Below are positions 1-12,700 of a stretch of DNA of 64,000 nt, piece by piece. Location of the stretch: the NCBI GenBank assembly GCA_032718475.1, contig JAUCBJ010006711.1:124001-188000 (forward strand). Reading direction: 5' to 3'. A program made the position numbers and the translations under genes. The stretch comes from Nemertoderma westbladi (lineage: Eukaryota > Animalia > Xenacoelomorpha). How positions within the stretch are numbered: the stretch's first letter is position 1; the number at the start of each line of letters is the position of its first letter. Below the pieces are notes generated by a model. That model saw nothing but the letters and a program-made list of their open reading frames with translations, was not told the DNA's origin and searched no databases.

Positions 1-3000
1 CGAGATAGAGAATCTTAAATGAACGTCAAAAGAACAGGTAACACTTACATTTATAGCAGTAATCAGCTGTTATTTGCTACGTCTTTCCGCTGGAGATGGA
101 TTAATTTTGATTGCGTTGGAACACCCCCTATCTGTGGCTGTCTGAGTGGAGAGATAAGTAGCCTATCTCCCTGTTAATATTGTTGTGTTCTAGAATATTT
201 ATTATAGTTTCATCCTATTGCCAAAGTGACTAGAGCTGAAGTTGACTCATAATACAATAATTCACCTCAAATATCTCACCTATTTCATGAACATAATGAA
301 GTATTAAATCCATGTCAAATTCCTTGGTATTTTTCTGCAATAATTTATCAAAATATTCTCTGTTCAAAAACCATATCAATTTTCATATTTATAACTTCTA
401 TCCCACTCAACGAGATAAAATATCTTAAATGAAAGTCAAAAGAACAGGTAACACTTACATTTATAGAAGTAATCAGCTGTTATTTGCTTCGTCTTTCCAC
501 TGGAGATGGATGAATCTTGATTGTGTCAGAACACCCCTATCTGTGGCTGTCTGAGTTGAGAGATAAGTAGCCTATCTCCCTATTAATATTGTTGTGTTCT
601 AGAATATTTATTATAGTTTCATCGCATTGCTAAAGTGGCTGGAGCTAAAGTTATTATGTAATGCAATAATTCACCTCAAATATCTCAGCTATTTCATGAA
701 CATAATGAAGTATTAAATCCATGTCAAAATCCTTGGTATTTTTCTGGAATAATTTATCAAAATATCCTCTGATTTTTTTCAAAAACCATATCAATTTTCA
801 TATTTATAACTTCTATCCCACTCCACGACATAAAGAATCTAAAATGAAAGTCAAAAGAACAGGTAACACTTACATTTATAGAAGTAATCAGCTGTTATTT
901 GCTACGTCTTTCCGCTGGAGATGGATGAATTTTGAGTGTCAGAACACCCCCTATCTGTGGCTGTCTGAGTTGAGAAATAAGTAGCCTATCTCCCTATTAA
1001 TATTGTTGTGTTCTAGAATATTTATTATAGTTTCATCGTATTGCTAAAGTGGCTGGAGCTAAAGTTATTATGTAATGCAATAATTCACCTCAAATATCTC
1101 AGCTATTTCATGAACATAATGAAGTATAAAGCCATGTCAAAATCCTTGGTGTTTTTCTGCAATAATTTATCAAAATATCCTCTGATTTTTTACAAAAACC
1201 ATATCGATTTTCATATTTATAACTTCTATCCCACTCCACGAGATAGAGAATCTTAAATGAACGTCAAAAGAACAGGTAACACTTACATTTATAGCAGTAA
1301 TCAGCTGTTATTTGCTACGTCTTTCCGCTGGAGATGGATTAATTTTGATTGCGTTGGAACACCCCCTATCTGTGGCTTTCTGAGTGGAGAGATAAGTATC
1401 CTATCTCCCTATTAATATTGTTGTGTTCTAGAATATTTTTTATAGTTTCATCGTATTGCCAAAGTGACTAGAGCTGAAGTTAACTCATAATACAATAATT
1501 CACCTCAAATATCTCAGCTATTTCATGAACATAATGAAGTATTAAAGCCATGTCAAAATCATTGGTGTTTTTCTGCAATAATTTATCAAAATATCCTCTG
1601 ATTTTTATCAAAAACCACATCGATTTTCTTATTTATAACTTCTATCCCACTCCACGAGATAGAGAATCTTAAATGAACGTCAAAAGAACAGGTAACACTT
1701 ACATTTATAGCTGTAATCAGCTGTTATTTGCTACGTCTTCCCGCTGGAGATGGATGAATTTTGATTGCGTTGGAACACCCCCTATCTGTGGCTGTCTGAG
1801 TGGAGAGATAAGTAGCCTATCTCCCTGTTAATATTGTTGTGTTCTAGAATATTTATTATAGTTTCATCCTATTGCCAAAGTGACTAGAGCTGAAGTTGAC
1901 TCATAATACAATAATTCACCTCAAATATCTCACCTATTTCATGAACATAATGAAGTATTAAATCCATGTCAAATTCCTTGGTATTTTTCTGCAATAATTT
2001 ATCAAAATATTCTCTGTTCAAAAACCATATCAATTTTCATATTTATAACTTCTATCCCACTCAACGAGATAAAATATCTTAAATGAAAGTCAAAAGAACA
2101 GGTAACACTTACATTTATAGAAGTAATCAGCTGTTATTTGCTTCGTCTTTCCACTGGAGATGGATGAATCTTGATTGTGTCAGAACACCCCTATCTGTGG
2201 CTGTCTGAGTTGAGAGATAAGTAGCCTATCTCCCTATTAATATTGTTGTGTTCTAGAATATTTATTATAGTTTCATCGCATTGCTAAAGTGGCTGGAGCT
2301 AAAGTTATTATGTAATGCAATAATTCACCTCAAATATCTCAGCTATTTCATGAACATAATGAAGTATTAAATCCATGTCAAAATCCTTGGTATTTTTCTG
2401 GAATAATTTATCAAAATATCCTCTGATTTTTTTCAAAAACCATATCAATTTTCATATTTATAACTTCTATCCCACTCCACGACATAAAGAATCTAAAATG
2501 AAAGTCAAAAGAACAGGTAACACTTACATTTATAGAAGTAATCAGCTGTTATTTGCTACGTCTTTCCGCTGGAGATGGATGAATTTTGAGTGTCAGAACA
2601 CCCCCTATCTGTGGCTGTCTGAGTTGAGAAATAAGTAGCCTATCTCCCTATTAATATTGTTGTGTTCTAGAATATTTATTATAGTTTCATCGTATTGCTA
2701 AAGTGGCTGGAGCTAAAGTTATTATGTAATGCAATAATTCACCTCAAATATCTCAGCTATTTCATGAACATAATGAAGTATTAAAGCCATGTCAAAATCC
2801 TTGGTGTTTTTCTGCAATAATTTATCAAAATATCCTCTGATTTTTTACAAAAACCATATCGATTTTCATATTTATAACTTCTATCCCACTCCACGAGATA
2901 GAGAATCTTAAATGAACGTCAAAAGAACAGGTAACACTTACATTTATAGCAGTAATCAGCTGTTATTTGCTACGTCTTTCCGCTGGAGATGGATTAATTT

Positions 3001-4609
3001 TGATTGCGTTGGAACACCCCCTATCTGTGGCTTTCTGAGTGGAGAGATAAGTATCCTATCTCCCTATTAATATTGTTGTGTTCTAGAATATTTTTTATAG
3101 TTTCATCGTATTGCCAAAGTGACTAGAGCTGAAGTTAACTCATCATACAATAATTCACCTCAAATATCTCAGCTATTTCATGAACATAATGAAGTATTAA
3201 AGCCATGTCAAAATCATTGGTGTTTTTCTGCAATAATTTATCAAAATATCCTCTGATTTTTATCAAAAACCACATCGATTTTCTTATTTATAACTTCTAT
3301 CCCACTCCACGAGATAGAGAATCTTAAATGAACGTCAAAAGAACAGGTAACACTTACATTTATAGCTGTAATCAGCTGTTATTTGCTACGTCTTCCCGCT
3401 GGAGATGGATGAATTTTGATTGCGTTGGAACACCCCCTATCTGTGGCTGTCTGAGTGGAGAGATAAGTAGCCTATCTCCCTGTTAATATTGTTGTGTTCA
3501 AGAATATTTATTATAGTTTCATCGTATTGCCAAAGTGACTAGAGCTGAAGTTGACTCATAATACAATAATTCACCTCAAATATCTCAGCTATTTCATGAA
3601 CATAATGAAGTATTAAATCAATGTCAAATTCCTTGGTATTTTTCTGCAATAATTTATCAAAATATCCTCTGATTTTTTTCAAAAACCATATCAATTTTCA
3701 TCTTTATAACTTCTATCCCACTCAACGAGATAAAGTATCTTAAATGAAAGTCAAAAGAACAGGTAACACTTACATTTATAGAAGTAATCAGCTGTTATTT
3801 GCTACGTCTTTCCGCTGGAGATGGATGAATTTTGATTGCGTTGGAACACCCCCCTATCTGTGGCTTTCTGAGTGGAGAGATAAGTATCCTATCTCCCTAT
3901 TAATATTGTTGTGTTCTAGAATATTTTTTATAGTTTCATCGTATTGCCAAAGTGACTAGAGCTGAAGTTGTCTCATAATTCAATAATTCACCTCAAATAT
4001 CTCAGCTATTTCATGAACATAATGAAGTATTAAATCCATGTCAAAATCCTTGGTATTTTTCTGCAATAATTTATCAAAATATCCTCTGATTTTTTTCAAA
4101 AACCATATCAATTTTCATATTTATAACTTCTATCCCACTCCACGAGATAGAGAATCTTAAATGAACGTCAAAAGAACAGGTAACACTTAAATTTATAGAA
4201 GTAATCAGCTGTTATTTGCTACGTCTTTCCGCTGGAGATGGATGAATTTTGATTGCGTTGGAACACCCCCTATCTGTGGCTTTCTGAGTGGAGAGATAAG
4301 TATCCTATCTCCCTATTAATATTGTTGTGTTCTAGAATATTTTTTATAGTTTCATCGTATTGCCAAAGTGACTAGAGCTGAAGTTAACTCATAATACAAT
4401 AATTCACCTCAAATATCTCAGCTATTTCATGAACATAATGAAGTATTAAAGCCATGTCAAAATCATTGGTGTTTTTCTGCAATAATTTATCAAAATATCC
4501 TCAGATTTTTTTCAAAAACACATCGATTTTCTTATTTATAACTTCTATCCCACTCCACGAGATAGAGAATCTTAAATGAATGTCAAAAGAACAGGTAACT
4601 CTTACATTT
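1..4609. repeat. Tandem satellite array, ~410-416 bp monomer (segment 1)
   Basis: Motif CGA(G/C)ATA..ATCT recurs at 1, 411, 826, 1239, 1655; identical spurious ORFs 1654 bp apart (721 and 2375). Two subtypes: GCCAAAGTGACTAGAGCTGAAG and GCTAAAGTGGCTGGAGCTAAAG. Confidence 0.98.
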
Positions 4610-6788
4610 CCCTGCAAACAATGTATTGTTAAAAAGCTGTTATTAAAATGTTATTTAATGACATAGATAACATTATTTCAAATTGTTAGATTAATGATAA
4701 AAAAACTGTAAATTGGCCAAGAAATATGACGTTATATACTAACGTTATTATTTCGTTTTTAATAACATTAAAATAACAAAGCCAGGATGGTTACATATAT
4801 CATTACTTTTATGTTATTCCTTATCATTATTATTGTATTTTTATTGACATTAAAATAACAACGGCATAATGTTTATTTAGATCGTTACTTTTATGTTATT
4901 TCTTAACATAAAAATATTGTTTGCTAAAAACGTAACATTATACGTGCATTTAAGCCCTTCTCTCATGTTTTATGGTTGGTTCGCTTGCTCAAACTAATAA
5001 TCCCCCTCCATTGCCGTTCTTTATATCGTTCTTTATAATTTCCAAACCCTTTATTGAATAATTAATTAATACAGTAATTTCCCTACGCATGTTGATATGG
5101 TAATGGCAGGCTACAATCTCTAACACAGTTTGATTGAATACAATTTTGTTGTAGGCAATTGTATGCAAATTAATAACAATTAAAACGTATAACATGAATT
5201 GAATTTTTTGTATAATGACCAGTCAGGAACAAATAATGAAATAAACAGCAAAATCAAAGTAAAATATCCCAGAATAAGTAAACAACAAATATATGGCTGT
5301 ATGGCCCATTACTTAAATGGTTTTGATATTTCGGTTAAAGTTAATCACAGACCTAAAAAAGAATATGTTTATGACGTAATAATAAGTGACAACAACGTAA
5401 TGAATTGCATCAATTAAAATACTTTGAGTTAATATTATTCACTAGATTTATAGATCTGATTTGTAGTCTATATAAAATAATGTACATGATAGTGGGTTTA
5501 ATAAATAATACCTCACAACAATGTTAAATTATTAAAAGGGGCAGGTTACAGTTGGCTACAGAGGCACATTATTATATCCTACGGGTAAACAAAAAAAAAC
5601 AGGTTACAGATTTATTTCTGGGAGAGTAATCAGTACTTATTTGAATCGATATCTCCCTGGAGAGGGATGATTTTGATTGCATCGCAAATCCTCCCTATCT
5701 GAACAAATCATATTTAAAAAATTAAATGTTAATTATAATTATAGCTGAGTGAGCTTCATTTATTAAACTGTAAAAATAAATCAATAGGCCTAGGCCCTAC
5801 AAAAGTACAATCTAAAAACTGAAACAATAAATAGTTTGTAATAACAGTTAATGTGAAGTTTTCAAATCGAAATCGAATCGAAAGTTTTGTAGTAATGCTG
5901 TCCCTGTGCCCTGCCCCTTCAACTGAAAACTGGGACCTCCCAATAATAAGAATTCCAATCTTTAGTCCTCGGCTGTTGAAATCCACCATCAGCAGATCAG
6001 TACAGACAAATAAGTCAATCCTCCACCTGTCAGTGCTGGTTTAAGGGGACTTCCTGCTCCTGGTCCTGGCAGACTTGAATTCTGTAATTGGTAGGTCTAA
6101 TGCAGTAATGTATGAATCCAGAGGGTAAAGGCGAACTCGCATTCAGGTAGATATGTTTTATTTATGAGTTCAGGTTAAATAAATCACAAAACCAAAACTA
6201 TAAAACCAAAAATATAAGCTACTGTACAGAGCAGTAGGCCTGCAGTAACTATACTACAGTAATATAGAGATAGGCCTTGCAGTACAGCAGTATAACAATA
6301 CATATACAGAATAAACATTGAATACAGGCAGGCCAGAATGAGTATTGTACAACATACCTGATACCATACCAGCATACTGTATACCATTTACATGTGGAAA
6401 ATTCCTCCATTACCGCGAATTTTAAAATTAGCCAATCATCAATCTCAGATTAGATAATAGAAGTGACAGCGTCTATCGCATAATGTTTATTTTATGTGAC
6501 AAAATAACATTGTTCTGATATGTAACAAACCATGTTCTTAAAATGTTAGGACTAAACACTTATAAAACATTTTTGACTAATGTTTATGTTCTCACATTAA
6601 AATTACGTTTTTTTAACATCAACAGTTATCATTTATTTAATGTCTGACAAAGACATTATAGAGTAATGTTAAAATAACATATATTGAACATCTAAATATT
6701 CTATCAAACAAGGAATAACATTTATCAACATTTATAACAAATTAATGATGTTTTTCTGACATTCCTTGAAAGTAAATTGTTTGCAGGG
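4610..6788. mobile_element. Non-autonomous TIR DNA transposon, probably CMC/EnSpm (CACTA)-like
   Basis: Perfect 13-bp TIR CCCTGCAAACAAT ... ATTGTTTGCAGGG. 2-bp TT duplication compared with the empty paralogous monomer near 13850 (ACATTTATAG). Subterminal regions rich in TAACATT/AATGTT motifs. No transposase ORF. Superfamily inferred from CCC termini, 2-bp TSD and subterminal repeats. Confidence 0.85.
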
Positions 6789-9700
6789 TTATAGCAGTAA
6801 TCAGCTGTTATTTGCTACGTCTTTCCGCTGGAGATGGATTAATTTTGATTGCGTTGGAACACCCCCTATCTGTGGCTGTCTGAGAGGAGAGATAAGTAGC
6901 CTATCTCCCTGTTAATATTGTTGTGTTCTAGAATATTTATTATAGTTTCATCGTATTGCCAAAGTGACTAGAGCTGAAGTTGACTCATAATACAATAATT
7001 CACCTCAAATATCTCAGCTATTTCATGAACATAATGAAGTATTAAATCCATGTCAAATTCCTTGGTATTTTTCTGCAATAATTTATCAAAATATCCTCTG
7101 ATTTTTTTCAAAAACCATATCAATTTTCATATTTATAACTTCTATCCCACTCAGCGAGATAAAGTATCTTAAATGAAAGTCAAAAGAACAGGTAACACTT
7201 ACATTTATAGAAGTAATCAGCTGTTATTTGCTTCGTCATTCCGCTGGAGATGGATGAATTTTGATTGTGTCAGAACACCCCTATCTGTGGCTGTCTGAGT
7301 TGAGAGATAAGTAGCCTATCTCCCTATTAATATTGTTGTGTTCTAGAATATTTATTATAGTTTCATCGTATTGCTAAAGTGGCTGGAGCTAAAGTTATTA
7401 TGTAATGCAATAATTCACCTCAAATATCTCAGCTATTTCATGAACATAATCAAGTATTAAAGCCATGTCAAAATCCTTGGTGTTTTTCTGCAATAATTTA
7501 TCAAAATATCCTCTGATTTTTTACAAAAATCATATCGATTTTCATATTTATAACTTCTATCCCACTCCACGAGATAGAGAATCTTAAATTAACGTCAAAA
7601 GAACAGGTAACACTTACATTTATAGCAGTAATCAGCTGTTATTTGCTACGTCTTTCCGCTGGAGATGGATGAATTTTGATTGCGTTGGAACACCCCCTAT
7701 CTGTGGCTGTCTGAGTGGAGAGATAAGTAGCCTATCTCCCTGTTAATATTGTTGTGTTCTAGAATATTTTTTATAGTTTCATCGTATTGCCAAAGTGACT
7801 AGAGCTGAAGTTAGCTGATAATACAATAATTCACCTCAAATATCTCAGCTATTTCATGAACATAATGAAGTATTAAAGCCATGTCAAAATCATTGGTGTT
7901 TTTCTGCAATAATTTATCAAAATATCCTCTGATTTTTTTCAAAAACCACATCGATTTTCTTATTTATAACTTCTATCCCACTCCACGAGATAGAGAATCT
8001 TAAATGAACGTCAAAAGAACAGGTAACACTTACATTTATAGCAGTAATCAGCTGTTATTTGCTACGTCTTTCCGCTGGAGGTGGATGAATTTTGATGGCG
8101 TTGGAACACCCCCTATCTGTGGCTGTCTGAGAGGAGAGATAAGTAGCCTATCTCCCTATTATTATTGTTGTGTTCTAGAATATTTATTATAGTTTCATCG
8201 TATTGCTAAAGTGGCTGGAGCTAAAGTTATTATGTAATGCAATAATTCACCTCAAATATCTCAGCTATTTCATGAACATAATGAAGTATTAAATCCATGT
8301 CAAATTCCTTGGTATTTTTCTGCAATAATTTATCAAAATATCCTCTGATTTTTTTCAAAAACCATATCAATTTTCATATTTATAACTTCTATCCCACTCC
8401 ACGAGATAAAGAATCTTAAATGAAAGTCAAAAGAAGAGGTAACACTTACATTTATAGAAGTAATCAGCTGTTATTTGCTACGTCTTTCCGCTGGAGATGG
8501 ATGAATTTTGATTGTGTCAGAACACCCCCTATCTGTGGCTGTCTGAATTGAGAAATAAGTAGCCTATCTCCCTATTAATATTGTTGTGTTCTAGAATATT
8601 TATTATAGTTTCATCGTATTGCTAAAGTGGCTGGAGCTAAAGTTATTATGTAATGCAATAATTCACCTCAAATATCTCAGCTATTTCATGAACATAATGA
8701 AGTATTAAAGCCATGTCAAAATCCTTGGTGTTTTTCTGCAATAATTTATCAAAATATCCTCTGATTTTTTACAAAAACCATATCGATTTTCATATTTATA
8801 ACTTCTATCCCACTCCACGAGATAGAGAATCTTAAATGAACGTCAAAAGAACAGGTAACACTTACATTTATAGAAGTAATCAGCTGTTATTTGCTTCGTC
8901 TTTCCGCTGGAGATGGATGAATTTTGATTGCGTTGGAACACCCCCTATCTGTGGCTTTCTGAGTGGAGAGATAAGTATCCTATCTCCCTATTAATATTGT
9001 TGTGTTCTAGAATATTTTTTATAGTTTCATCGTATTGCCAAAGTGACTAGAGCTGAAGTTAACTCATAATACAATAATTCACCTCAAATATCTCAGCTAT
9101 TTCATGAACATAATGAAGTATTAAAGCCATGTCAAAATCATTGGTGTTTTTCTGCAATAATTTATCAAAATATCCTCTGATTTTTATCAAAAACCACATC
9201 GATTTTCTTATTTATAACTTCTATCCCACTCCACGAGATAGAGAATCTTAACTGAACGTCAAAAGAACAGGTAACACTTACATTTATAGCAGTAATCAGC
9301 TGTTATTTGCTACGTCTTTCCGCTGGAGATGGATGAATTTTAATTGCGTTGGAACACCCCCTACCTGTGGCTGTCTGAGTGGAGAGATAAGTAGCCTATC
9401 TCGCTGTGAATATTGTTGTGTTCTAGAATATTTATTATAGTTTCATCATATTGCCAAAGTGACTAGAGCTGAAGTTGACTCATAATACAATAATTCACCT
9501 CAAATATCTCAGCTATTTCATGAACATAATGAAGTATTAAATCCATGTCAAATTCCTTGGTATTTTTTTGCAATAATTTATCAAAATATCCTCTGATTTT
9601 TTTCAAAAACCACATCGATTTTCTTATTTATAACTTCTATCCCACTCCACGAGATAGAGAATCTTAAATGAACGTCAAAAGAACAGGTAACACTTACAAT

Positions 9701-12700
9701 TATAGCAGTAATCAGCTGTTATTTGCTACGTCTTCCCGCTGGAGATGGATGAATTTTGATTGCGTTGGAACACCCCCTATCTGTGGCTGTCTGAGTGGAG
9801 AGATAAGTAGCCTATCTCCCTGTTAATATTGTTGTGTTCTAGAATATTTATTATAGTTTCATCGTATTGCCAAAGTGACTAGAGCTGAAGTTGACTCATA
9901 ATACAATAATTCACCTCAAATATCTCAGCTATTTCATGAACATAATGAAGTATTAAATCCATGTCAAATTCCTTGGTATTTTTCTGCAATAATTTATCAA
10001 AATATCCTCTGATTTTTTTCAAAAACCATATCAATTTTCGTATTTATAACTTCTATCCCACTCAACGAGATAAAGTATCTTAAATGAAAGTCAAAAGAAC
10101 AGGTAACACTTACATTTATAGAAGTAATCAGCTGTTATTTGCTACGTCTTTCCGCTGGAGATGGATGAATTTTGATTGCGTTGGAACACCCCCCTATCTG
10201 TGGCTTTCTGAGTGGAGAGATAAGTATCCTATCTCCCTATTAATATTGTTGTGTTCTAGAATATTTTTTATAGTTTCATCGTATTGCCAAAGTGACTAGA
10301 GCTGAAGTTGTCTCATAATTCAATAATTCACCTCAAATATCTCAGCTATTTCATGAACATAATGAAGTATTAAATCCATGTCAAAATCCTTGGTATTTTT
10401 CTGCAATAATTTATCAAAATATCCTCTGATTTTTTTCAAAAACCATATCAATTTTCATATTTATAACTTCTATCCCACTCCACGAGATAGAGAATCTTAA
10501 ATGAACGTCAAAAGAACAGGTAACACTTAAATTTATAGAAGTAATCAGCTGTTATTTGCTACGTCTTTCCGCTGGAGATGGATGAATTTTGATTGCGTTG
10601 GAACACCCCCTATCTGTGGCTTTCTGAGTGGAGAGATAAGTATCCTATCTCCCTATTAATATTGATGTGTTCTAGAATATTTTTTATAGTTTCATCGTAT
10701 TGCCAAAGTGACTAGAGCTGAAGTTAACTCATAATACAATAATTCACCTCAAATATCTCAGCTATTTCATGAACATAATGAAGTATTAAAGCCATGTCAA
10801 AATCATTGGTGTTTTTCTGCAATAATTTATCAAAATATCCTCTGATTTTTTTCAAAAACCACATCGATTTTCTTATTTATAACTTCTATCCCACTCCACG
10901 AGATAGAGAATCTTAAATGAACGTCAAAAGAACAGGTAACACTTACATTTATAGCAGTAATCAGCTGTTATTTGCTACGTCTTTCCGCTGGAGATGGATT
11001 AATTTTGATTGCGTTGGAACACCCCCTATCTGTGGCTGTCTGAGTGGAGAGATAAGTAGCCTATCTCCCTGTTAATATTGTTGTGTTCTAGAATATTTAT
11101 TATAGTTTCATCCTATTGCCAAAGTGACTAGAGCTGAAGTTGACTCATAATACAATAATTCACCTCAAATATCTCACCTATTTCATGAACATAATGAAGT
11201 ATTAAATCCATGTCAAATTCCTTGGTATTTTTCTGCAATAATTTATCAAAATATTCTCTGTTCAAAAACCATATCAATTTTCATATTTATAACTTCTATC
11301 CCACTCAACGAGATAAAGTATCTTAAATGAAAGTCAAAAGAACAGGTAACACTTACATTTATAGAAGTAATCAGCTGTTATTTGCTTCGTCTTTCCACTG
11401 GAGATGGATGAATCTTGATTGTGTCAGAACACCCCTATCTGTGGCTGTCTGAGTTGAGAGATAAGTAGCCTATCTCCCTATTAATATTGTTGTGTTCTAG
11501 AATATTTATTATAGTTTCATCGCATTGCTAAAGTGGCTGGAGCTAAAGTTATTATGTAATGCAATAATTCACCTCAAATATCTCAGCTATTTCATGAACA
11601 TAATGAAGTATTAAATCCATGTCAAAATCCTTGGTATTTTTCTGCAATAATTTATCAAAATATCCTCTGATTTTTTTCAAAAACCATATCAATTTTCATA
11701 TTTATAACTTCTATCCCACTCCACGACATAAAGAATCTAAAATGAAAGTCAAAAGAACAGGTAACACTTACATTTATAGAAGTAATCAGCTGTTATTTGC
11801 TACGTCTTTCCGCTGGAGATGGATGAATTTTGATGTGTCAGAACACCCCCTATCTGTGGCTGTCTGAGTTGAGAAATAAGTAGCCTATCTCCCTATTAAT
11901 ATTGTTGTGTTCTAGAATATTTATTATAGTTTCATCGTATTGCTAAAGTGGCTGGAGCTAAAGTTATTATGTAATGCAATAATTCACCTCAAATATCTCA
12001 GCTATTTCATGAACATAATGAAGTATTAAAGCCATGTCAAAATCCTTGGTGTTTTTCTGCAATAATTTATCAAAATATCCTCTGATTTTTTACAAAAACC
12101 ATATCGATTTTCATATTTATAACTTCTATCCCACTCCACGAGATAGAGAATCTTAAATGAACGTCAAAAGAACAGGTAACACTTACATTTATAGCAGTAA
12201 TCAGCTGTTATTTGCTACGTCTTTCCGCTGGAGATGGATTAATTTTGATTGCGTTGGAACACCCCCTATCTGTGGCTTTCTGAGTGGAGAGATAAGTATC
12301 CTATCTCCCTATTAATATTGTTGTGTTCTAGAATATTTTTTATAGTTTCATCGTATTGCCAAAGTGACTAGAGCTGAAGTTAACTCATAATACAATAATT
12401 CACCTCAAATATCTCAGCTATTTCATGAACATAATGAAGTATTAAAGCCATGTCAAAATCATTGGTGTTTTTCTGCAATAATTTATCAAAATATCCTCTG
12501 ATTTTTATCAAAAACCACATCGATTTTCTTATTTATAACTTCTATCCCACTCCACGAGATAGAGAATCTTAAATGAACGTCAAAAGAACAGGTAACACTT
12601 ACATTTATAGCTGTAATCAGCTGTTATTTGCTACGTCTTCCCGCTGGAGATGGATGAATTTTGATTGCGTTGGAACACCCCCTATCTGTGGCTGTCTGAG

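Noticed and set aside
4989-6387. Transposase within the TIR element
   Set aside because: Only 63-77 aa ORFs without DDE/TnpA/TnpD motifs; a spliced remnant cannot be excluded.
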